NCBI GenBank assembly: GCA_036781525.1
Contig: DAIQAS010000002.1
Span: forward strand, 1 to 38,655
From: Thermodesulfobacterium sp.
GTDB lineage: Bacteria; Desulfobacterota; Thermodesulfobacteria; Thermodesulfobacteriales; Thermodesulfobacteriaceae
Length of the DNA stretch: 38,655 nucleotides
Direction of reading: 5' to 3'
Shown here: piece after piece, positions 11,339-18,803 of the stretch
Numbering within the stretch: the stretch's first letter is position 1
Layout: every line of letters begins with the position of its first letter
Position numbers and translations under genes: made by a program
Notes under the pieces: model-generated
What the model saw: the letters and a program-made list of their open reading frames with translations, nothing else
The model's database searches: none
What the model was told of the DNA's origin: nothing

Positions 11339-12148
11339 ATGGAACTTTTTTGGGAATCTTTCAAATTAGTTAAATGGGGTATTTTATCAGGAATAGTAAT
11401 AGCAATATCAATTTCATTTACCTCTCCTTTTCTTATTCTTGCAAGAAATGCCCTTTTTCCTCACGCTTTAACTCATATATATTTTTTAGCCATAATTTTA
11501 GCTTCTTTGCTTTTGTATAAACTGCCTGATTTATTTTATTTTCCTTTTATAGTTGTTTTTACCCTTCTTTTTTCTTCGTTAATTTGGATTTTAAAGAGAC
11601 GGATTAAGCTATACGAAGATACATCAGTTTCTATAATTGCCCACTTAGCTATGGGGCTTGCCTTAATTATAGCTGCAAAAACCTCTCAGTATGATGCCAG
11701 AGTTCTTTCCTATCTCTTCGGAAGTTTGGTGGGTATAACCTTAAAAGACTTTTTTGAAAGCCTAATAGTTCTCTTTTTTACTATAATTTTATTCTACAAA
11801 TTCTATCCCTTATGGATAGCCCAAGTTACAGACAGAGAGGTTCCGGGACTTAATTTTAAAAATGCTAATTTAGCTTTTCTTATCTTGGTAACCCTACAGA
11901 TAATAATAAGTGTAAAATTAATGGGTATTCTTTTAGTTTCTGTTTTATTCGTATTTTCAACTATTTTTGCTTTACAATTTATAAAAAGTTTTAAATTATT
12001 AATATTAACTATTGGTGTTTTAAATATTTTGGGAATTTTAAGTGGATCTACCATTTCTATCTTTTGGGATATTCCATTTTCAGGAGCTGTGGTTATATTT
12101 ATGAGCTTGTATATTTTTATTTCTTTTTTGTGGAGTTTCAGAAAATGA
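11339..12148 (+). CDS. Metal ABC transporter permease, ZnuB/ABC-3 family
   Basis: Multi-pass hydrophobic protein with SYLFGSL and SVKLMGILLV motifs; follows the ATPase. Confidence 0.8.
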   Translation: MELFWESFKLVKWGILSGIVIAISISFTSPFLILARNALFPHALTHIYFLAIILASLLLYKLPDLFYFPFIVVFTLLFSSLIWILKRRIKLYEDTSVSIIAHLAMGLALIIAAKTSQYDARVLSYLFGSLVGITLKDFFESLIVLFFTIILFYKFYPLWIAQVTDREVPGLNFKNANLAFLILVTLQIIISVKLMGILLVSVLFVFSTIFALQFIKSFKLLILTIGVLNILGILSGSTISIFWDIPFSGAVVIFMSLYIFISFLWSFRK

Positions 12149-12933
12149 AATTAATTGATACTCATGCACATTTAAATTTTCCGAGTTTTAAAAAGGATTT
12201 GGAAGAAACAATCAAGCGCGCAAGAGAAAACGGGATAATCCATGTTATAGTAGTAGGTATTGATCTTTCCACAAGCAAAGAAGCTTTAAAACTTGCAGAA
12301 ACCTATCCTGATTTCATTTCTCCGGCTATAGGTTTCCATCCTCATGAAGTAAAGAAAATGAAAGATACAGATTATCAATTTTTAGAAAAAAATTTAGAAA
12401 AGATTTGTGCTATAGGAGAGATTGGGCTTGATTGGGTTAAGGAGTATTCACCCAAGGATGTTCAGATTAATCATTTTATAAAACAGCTTGAACTTGCTAA
12501 AAAATATAAAAAACCTGTTATTCTTCATTTAAGGGGCGATGATTCTTTCTGGAATGAAGCTTTAAATATTTTGAAGGACTATAATGGACTTAACCTTCTT
12601 TTTCATTGCTATACCTCTGATAAAAATATTGCTTCAAAGATACTTGATCTTGGAGGTCTTATTTCTATACCTGGGGTTGTTACTTTTGAAAAAGCTGAAA
12701 AATTAAAAGAAGCTGTTAAATTTATTCCTTTAGATAGACTTGTTTTGGAAACAGATAGTCCTTTTCTTGCTCCCCATCCTGTAAGAGGTAAAAGAAATGA
12801 ACCAGCATTTTTAAAATATACGGCACAAAAAGTTGCAGAAATAAAAAATATGGAGCTTGAAAAAGTTGCAGAGATTACTACAAAAAATGCAGTAGATTTT
12901 TTTAATTTAAAATTCTTGAAGGAGGGGCTTTAA
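12145..12933 (+). CDS. tatD: TatD family DNase
   Basis: LIDTHAHL, GFHPH, IGEIGLD, LETDSPFLAP..RGKRNEP; true start ATG 12145 overlaps permease stop (ATGA). Confidence 0.93.
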   Translation: MKLIDTHAHLNFPSFKKDLEETIKRARENGIIHVIVVGIDLSTSKEALKLAETYPDFISPAIGFHPHEVKKMKDTDYQFLEKNLEKICAIGEIGLDWVKEYSPKDVQINHFIKQLELAKKYKKPVILHLRGDDSFWNEALNILKDYNGLNLLFHCYTSDKNIASKILDLGGLISIPGVVTFEKAEKLKEAVKFIPLDRLVLETDSPFLAPHPVRGKRNEPAFLKYTAQKVAEIKNMELEKVAEITTKNAVDFFNLKFLKEGL

Positions 12934-12936
12934 TCT

Positions 12937-14739
12937 ATGAAGCTTAAAAGAACCAATTATATAGGAGAGCTTACTAAGGATTTTATAGGCAAAGAGGTTA
13001 TAGTTTCGGGTTGGGTTTTGAGAAGAAGAGATCACGGAGGTGTTATTTTTTTAGACTTAAGAGATAGAAGCGGGCTTTTACAGGTGGTTTTTGAAGAAGG
13101 ACTTGATCCTGAGATACATGATTTAGCAGATTCTATAAGAATTGAATATGTAATAAGTGTAAAGGGAGTAATAAGAAAAAGACCTCCTGGAATGGAAAAT
13201 CCAAAAATCCCTACTGGAGAGATTGAGCTTGTAGCAAGTGAAGTAGAAATTCTAAATACCTCTAAAACTCCTCCCTTCCCAATGGATGAAGATCTTTCTG
13301 AAGTTTCTGAAGCAGTGCGTTTAAAATATCGTTATTTAGAAATGAGAGCTTTGGATGGTTTAAAACCTTTTGTATTCAGACATCAGGTAAATCAAACTAT
13401 CAGAGAATTTTTAAACAGTAAGGGTTTTTTAGAAATTGAAACTCCTTTTTTGACAAAAAGTACTCCTGAAGGAGCGAGAGATTATTTGGTCCCGAGTAGA
13501 CTTTATCCAGGAAAGTTTTATGCCCTTCCTCAATCCCCTCAGCTTTTTAAACAAATTCTTATGGTTGCAGGAGTTGAGAAATATTATCAGATAGTAAGAT
13601 GCTTCAGAGATGAAGATTTAAGAGCTGATCGTCAGCCTGAATTTACTCAGCTTGATCTTGAGATGTCTTTCGTGGAAGAAAATGATGTTATAACTCTTGT
13701 TGAAGAACTACTTGCTTATCTTTTTGAAAAAACTCTGAATCTTACTCTTCAAATCCCTTTTCCAAGGCTTTCCTATGAAGATGCATTAAAAAATTATGGA
13801 ACAGATAGACCTGATCTTAGGTTTGATATGAAATTAAAAGATCTCTCTTTTCTTTTTAAAGATACTTCTTTTAAAGTTTTCAGAGACGCCCTTGAGTCTG
13901 GAGGTGTAATTAAAGGGCTTAAAGCTCCGGCTAACTTTTCAAGAAAAGAACTCGATGATCTTACCAAATTTGCTCAAAATTTAGGGGCCAAAGGACTTGC
14001 TTGGATAAAATACAATAAGAATGCTCTCTCCTTTGAAGAAAAGTTTAGCTCTCCCATAGTAAAATTTTTTGATAGAACAATTTTAGAAAAGCTGGAAGGT
14101 ATTTTTGATTCTTCAGATGATGTGGCCACCTTTTTCTTTGTAGCAGATAAAGAAGATTTAGCTAATACCGTATTAGCTGAACTTAGAGTTCACCTTGCAA
14201 AAAGTTTAAACCTTATTCCAGAAAATAAATTTATTTTTGTCTGGATAGTTGATTTCCCCTTATTTGAATGGGATGAAGAGGAGAATCGTCTGGTTTCCGT
14301 TCATCACCCATTTACTCATCCTAAGGAAGAAGATATACCGCTTCTTGATACAGAACCTTTAAAAGTTAGATCAAGAGCTTATGATATAGTTCTTAACGGA
14401 GTAGAAATAGGAGGAGGAAGTATTCGTATTCATAAAAGAGAACTTCAAGAAAAGATTTTTAATCTTTTAAATATAAGTCCTGAAGAGGCACAGGAAAAAT
14501 TTGATTTTCTACTCAATGCTCTTGAATACGGTGCTCCACCACATGGAGGCATTGCTTTTGGACTTGACCGTTTGATTATGCTTATGCTTGGTAAAAAAAG
14601 TATAAGAGAAGTTATACCTTTTCCAAAAACACAGAGAGCTCAGTGTCTCCTTACAGGTGCTCCTTCAGAAGTAAAAATTGAACAAATTTTAGAATTGCAC
14701 CTTCTTCCTGGCTGGGAAAAGAAAAAAGAAAAACCTTAG
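12937..14739 (+). CDS. aspS: Aspartate--tRNA(Asp/Asn) ligase, likely non-discriminating
   Basis: RRRDHGGVIFLDLRD, STPEGARDY, LPQSPQLFKQ, FRDEDLRADRQPEFTQ, HHPFT, GAPPHGGIAFGLDR. Confidence 0.97.
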   Translation: MKLKRTNYIGELTKDFIGKEVIVSGWVLRRRDHGGVIFLDLRDRSGLLQVVFEEGLDPEIHDLADSIRIEYVISVKGVIRKRPPGMENPKIPTGEIELVASEVEILNTSKTPPFPMDEDLSEVSEAVRLKYRYLEMRALDGLKPFVFRHQVNQTIREFLNSKGFLEIETPFLTKSTPEGARDYLVPSRLYPGKFYALPQSPQLFKQILMVAGVEKYYQIVRCFRDEDLRADRQPEFTQLDLEMSFVEENDVITLVEELLAYLFEKTLNLTLQIPFPRLSYEDALKNYGTDRPDLRFDMKLKDLSFLFKDTSFKVFRDALESGGVIKGLKAPANFSRKELDDLTKFAQNLGAKGLAWIKYNKNALSFEEKFSSPIVKFFDRTILEKLEGIFDSSDDVATFFFVADKEDLANTVLAELRVHLAKSLNLIPENKFIFVWIVDFPLFEWDEEENRLVSVHHPFTHPKEEDIPLLDTEPLKVRSRAYDIVLNGVEIGGGSIRIHKRELQEKIFNLLNISPEEAQEKFDFLLNALEYGAPPHGGIAFGLDRLIMLMLGKKSIREVIPFPKTQRAQCLLTGAPSEVKIEQILELHLLPGWEKKKEKP

Positions 14740-14744
14740 ATTAT

Positions 14745-15194
14745 ATGGAATTTTTTCTTGAAGGAGCGCTTAAAGGATTAAGTAAATGGTTAAGATTTCT
14801 TGGATATAAAACTGAGATTTGTAAGGGAAAAATAACAAGAGAAGAAATACTTAAACATAAAGATAAAATTTTTCTTACAACAAGTCCATCAACTGCAGAA
14901 CTTCTTGAAAAATTCGGAGTTAAATATTTAGTTCTTCCAAGAGAAAGTTTAAGAGCACAACTTATAACGGTTATTAATAAGCTGAATTTGGATCCAGAAC
15001 TAAAGCTTAATATATGTAGTATTTGTGGAGAAGAACTAAAGCCTGTTAAAAAAGAAGATTTTAAAGATCTTATCCCTCCAAAAGTATATGACTTTTATAA
15101 CGAGTTTAATTACTGTCCTAAATGTAGAAAACTTTACTGGGAAGGCGATCACATAAAAAGACTTAAAGAAAAATTAAAGAGGTTAATCGGATAA
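14745..15194 (+). CDS. Mut7-C RNase-like (PIN fold + Zn ribbon) protein
   Basis: LSKWLRFLGY N-terminus, CSIC...CPKCRKLYWEGDH zinc ribbon typical of Mut7-C. Confidence 0.8.
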   Translation: MEFFLEGALKGLSKWLRFLGYKTEICKGKITREEILKHKDKIFLTTSPSTAELLEKFGVKYLVLPRESLRAQLITVINKLNLDPELKLNICSICGEELKPVKKEDFKDLIPPKVYDFYNEFNYCPKCRKLYWEGDHIKRLKEKLKRLIG

Positions 15195-15197
15195 AAA

Positions 15198-15752
15198 ATG
15201 AATAAAAACGATTTAGAAAAATTAAATAGGCAAATAAAAAGATGTAAAAAATGCGAACTATGGAAATTCAGAAATAATGCCGTTCCTGGTGAAGGTCCTA
15301 TAGAGGCAAAAATTATGATTTTAGGTCAGGCTCCTGGTGTTCAGGAAGACAAGACAGGAAGACCTTTTGTTGGTCCTGCAGGTAAACTTTTAAACTCACT
15401 TCTTGATATGGCTGGTTTAGAAAGGGAAAAAGTGTTTATAACCTCGCCTCTTAAATGTCTTCCTCAGCCACCGATTAACAGAAAGCCAAAAAAGAATGAA
15501 ATTGAGGCCTGTTTGCCCTGGCTTAAAAAACAGATAGAAGTTATCAACCCTGATTTTTTTATCCTTCTTGGTGAGGTAGCTTTTTCAGTATTTTTTCCAG
15601 ACAAGAAATTAAAGGATTTCAGGGGTAAATGTATAGAAAAGAATAATAAAAAATTCTTTGTTACCTATCATCCTGCTGCTGGATTAAGATTTCCGAAAAT
15701 TAGAAAAATTTTAGAAGATGATTTTAAAAAATTAAAGGAGCTACTTTTTTAA
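15198..15752 (+). CDS. Uracil-DNA glycosylase, family 4-like (4Fe-4S)
   Basis: CKKCEL, VPGEGP, GQAPG..ED.TGRPFVGPAG, KC, C, TYHPAA. Confidence 0.88.
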   Translation: MNKNDLEKLNRQIKRCKKCELWKFRNNAVPGEGPIEAKIMILGQAPGVQEDKTGRPFVGPAGKLLNSLLDMAGLEREKVFITSPLKCLPQPPINRKPKKNEIEACLPWLKKQIEVINPDFFILLGEVAFSVFFPDKKLKDFRGKCIEKNNKKFFVTYHPAAGLRFPKIRKILEDDFKKLKELLF

Positions 15753-16748
15753 TCTTTGCAGTAAAAGATCAAGAATTTTTCCTGCATCTCCTATTAAAGA
15801 AAGATGTGCCATTTTAACAAGTGGAGCTTCTTTATCTGTATTTATAGCAATTATGAATTCAGAATTTTCCATTCCAACTGTATGTTGCAAGGCTCCTGAA
15901 ATACCAAAGCCTATATAAACTTTTGGCTTAACTGTAACACCGCTTACTCCTATCATTCTTTCTTCTTCTACCCATCCTTCATAACATACTGGACGGGTTG
16001 CTCCTACCTCAGCTCCTAAAATCTCTGCAAGTTCAAAAAGTTTCTTAAATGTATCTTTATTTTTAAGTCCCCTACCCCCTGCAACTACTAATTTGGCTGT
16101 AGAAAGTTTAGAAGGTTTTTTCTTTGAGGGTATGAAATTTCTTACTCTAATTTTACTTTCCCAGCTAAAATCATCAGGAAATAACACTTCTCTAATTAAA
16201 GGTTCTTTTTCTTCATATTTTATGCTAAAAGCTCCTAAGGAGATGGTTGCCATAACGGGTAAAGTTTTAGAAGTGAGTTTGGCAATAATGTTATCTCCAT
16301 ATGTAGGTCTTGACATTATTATTTCTCCGTTTTTAACTTCGAGTTCATTTACATGAGCACAAAGTCCAGCCTGTAAAGCTCCTGCCAGTCTTGGTGCTAA
16401 AGAAGTTCCTATTTTAGTTGCAGGAAAGAAAAATCCATAGGGTTGAGAATTTTTAACTATATAGGTAAGCACTTTGCTATAAAGATCGTCTTTGAAGTCT
16501 TTTAAATTTTCATTTACTACAAACCATAATTCATCGGCTAAAGATTTTTTTATTTCTTCCAAATTTTTAATGTTTCCTAAAGTATCTGTTAAACAAACTA
16601 AAACAAGTTTTTTATCCAAGGCTTGTGCTATCTCTTTTAAAGGAGAAAGTATCTCTAAGCTGGAAATGTTTAGTTCTCCTCTATATATTTCTCCGAAAGC
16701 CAAAATATTTCCTTTGGGTAATTTCTCCAAATCTATCTTTTCAATCAT
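15741..16748 (-). CDS. etfA: Electron transfer flavoprotein alpha subunit
   Basis: LAPRLA, RPTYG, VAGGRG, GATRP, GISGALQHTVGM, IAINTDKEAP. Confidence 0.93.
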   Translation of the reverse strand: MIEKIDLEKLPKGNILAFGEIYRGELNISSLEILSPLKEIAQALDKKLVLVCLTDTLGNIKNLEEIKKSLADELWFVVNENLKDFKDDLYSKVLTYIVKNSQPYGFFFPATKIGTSLAPRLAGALQAGLCAHVNELEVKNGEIIMSRPTYGDNIIAKLTSKTLPVMATISLGAFSIKYEEKEPLIREVLFPDDFSWESKIRVRNFIPSKKKPSKLSTAKLVVAGGRGLKNKDTFKKLFELAEILGAEVGATRPVCYEGWVEEERMIGVSGVTVKPKVYIGFGISGALQHTVGMENSEFIIAINTDKEAPLVKMAHLSLIGDAGKILDLLLQRLKK

Positions 16749-16761
16749 TACAGCACCTCAT

Positions 16762-17556
16762 TTAAGCTTTAATTAAACCCTTATCCTTAAAGACTTCTAT
16801 TAGTTTTTCTACAAGCTCTTCGGGTTCTCCTTCTAAGATTAACCCCTTTTTTTCTATTTTCTTTTCTGTTACTTCTGTTACCTGTGTTGGAGAACCTTTG
16901 AGTCCCAATTTTTCATATTCAAGATTTAAATCTGATGCTTGCCAGACAATAGGTTCTATATTTTTTACTTCTAAAATTCTTTTTAGAGAAGGAGGTCTAA
17001 TATACTCAAAAGCCGAAGAAGAGATAGAGCAAATTAAAGGGGCATCTATTTCTATTTCTTCTTCACCGTATTCAAACTCCCTTATAGCTACCCATTTATT
17101 ATCTTCTACAAAGAGTTTTTTTACATTGGTAAGTGAGGGAATTCCTAATAAACTTGCGGTTTCTGGAGGAACTTGAGCTGTTTCTCCATCAATTGATTTT
17201 AAACCCATTAAGACAAGAGAAAAGGGAGATAATTTTTCGATAGCTTTTGCTAACACATAACTTGTTGCAAGAGTATCTGAACCAGCAAAAGCCCTGTCTG
17301 AAAGAAGAACCATCTGGTCAATTCCCAGAGAATAAGCATATTTTAAAAGTGGAATAACATTGGGAGGCCCCATTGAAATTACAACTGTTTCTATATTATA
17401 GGTATTTTTTAATCTAACAGCCATTTCCAATGCTACTCTATCGTTAGGATTTAAAATAAGTTCCATACTTTCTCTTTTTAAAGTATGAGTCTCTGGATCT
17501 ACTTTAACACTTCCTGGCTCAGGAACTCCTTTTATGCAGACAATTATTTTTTCCAT
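16762..17556 (-). CDS. etfB: Electron transfer flavoprotein beta subunit
   Basis: IVCIKGVP, LNPNDRVALE, SMGPP, DRAFAGSDTLATS, DGETAQV, GLKGSPTQV. Confidence 0.93.
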   Translation of the reverse strand: MEKIIVCIKGVPEPGSVKVDPETHTLKRESMELILNPNDRVALEMAVRLKNTYNIETVVISMGPPNVIPLLKYAYSLGIDQMVLLSDRAFAGSDTLATSYVLAKAIEKLSPFSLVLMGLKSIDGETAQVPPETASLLGIPSLTNVKKLFVEDNKWVAIREFEYGEEEIEIDAPLICSISSSAFEYIRPPSLKRILEVKNIEPIVWQASDLNLEYEKLGLKGSPTQVTEVTEKKIEKKGLILEGEPEELVEKLIEVFKDKGLIKA

Positions 17557-17571
17557 TTATTCCTCACCCTG

Positions 17572-18723
17572 TTATTTAAATTGTTTTAATAATTCTCTTG
17601 CTATAATATTTCTTTGGATCTCGTTTGTTCCTTCATAAATTTGGAGACACTTGGCGTCTCTGAAATATTTTTGTACTGGGTAGTCTCTCATATATCCAAA
17701 TCCGCCCATCATCTGAATAGCTCTTTCAGTAACCCACATAGCAACATCTGTAGCAAAACACTTAGCCATGGAAGATGCGCCTGAAATATCTTTAGCGCCA
17801 CTATCTATAAATTTAGTCGTGTTATAGAGCAAAGCTCTTGCTGCTTCTATTTTCATTGCCATATCTGCAAAGGTATGGCTTACTGCTTGAAAATTATAAA
17901 TAGGCTGTCCAAATTGAATTCTTGATTTAGCATGTTTAAGAGAAACTTCCAGAGCAGCTTGAGCTATTCCAAGAGCTTGAGCTGCTGCACCACACCTTCC
18001 GAAATCTAAGGTTTTTAGTGCAACAATAAACCCCATTCCTTCTTTTCCAAGAAGTCTATCCTTAGGGATTTTGCAGTCGTTAAAAAAAAGTTCTGTAGTA
18101 ACAGATGCTCTTAATCCAAGCTTCTTTTCTTTTTTCCCTACAGAAAAACCTGGATCACCCTTTTCTACAATAAATGCACTGGCACCTCTTGCACCTTTGG
18201 CAGGGTCAGTAAGAGCAATAACAATATAAATATCGGCTATTCCTCCGTTTGTAATCCATTGTTTAATACCGTTTAATATGTAAAACTCTCCCTCCTTTTT
18301 GGCAGTCGTTTTTATTGCAAAAGCATCACTTCCTGCCTGGGGTTCTGTAAGGGCAAAGGCACAAAGTTTTTTACCTTTAGCAATATCTGGCAAATATTTT
18401 TCCTTTTGTTCTTTGTTTCCAAAAAGAATTATAGGATAACAACCAAGAAAAGAGGCAGCATAAGTTGTTGATACCCCTCCACAATAATAAGAAAGTTTTT
18501 CCACTGCTAAGCACATTTCAAAATTACCCCATTCCAACCCTCCGAATTCCTTAGGAATAATTATTCCAAATAAATCAGCATCAGCTAAGGCTCTAATAGG
18601 TTTTTCATCATAAACTTCTCTCTCATCCCATTCCAAGGCATATGGCTTTATATATTCTTCTCCGATCTGTTTTATTAAATCAATTAGGATTTTTTGCTCT
18701 TCTGTTAAACTATATTGAATCAT
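17572..18723 (-). CDS. Acyl-CoA dehydrogenase (butyryl-CoA/short-chain type)
   Basis: [54 protein letters not shown] (catalytic Glu). Confidence 0.93.
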   Translation of the reverse strand: MIQYSLTEEQKILIDLIKQIGEEYIKPYALEWDEREVYDEKPIRALADADLFGIIIPKEFGGLEWGNFEMCLAVEKLSYYCGGVSTTYAASFLGCYPIILFGNKEQKEKYLPDIAKGKKLCAFALTEPQAGSDAFAIKTTAKKEGEFYILNGIKQWITNGGIADIYIVIALTDPAKGARGASAFIVEKGDPGFSVGKKEKKLGLRASVTTELFFNDCKIPKDRLLGKEGMGFIVALKTLDFGRCGAAAQALGIAQAALEVSLKHAKSRIQFGQPIYNFQAVSHTFADMAMKIEAARALLYNTTKFIDSGAKDISGASSMAKCFATDVAMWVTERAIQMMGGFGYMRDYPVQKYFRDAKCLQIYEGTNEIQRNIIARELLKQFK

Positions 18724-18764
18724 AGAAACTCCCTTAGGTCTATTTTTATAGGTTTAGATGAGTT

Positions 18765-18792
18765 ATTTTACTCAAAAATTCTTTTTAAACAA
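18765..18792 (-). promoter_or_regulatory. Putative sigma70 promoter for acd-etfB-etfA (TTGTTT-N16-TAAAAT)
   Basis: Minus-strand hexamers in the intergenic gap; AAGGGAG SD before ATG 18723. Confidence 0.45.
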
Positions 18793-18803
18793 GTAATTTA
18801 AGT

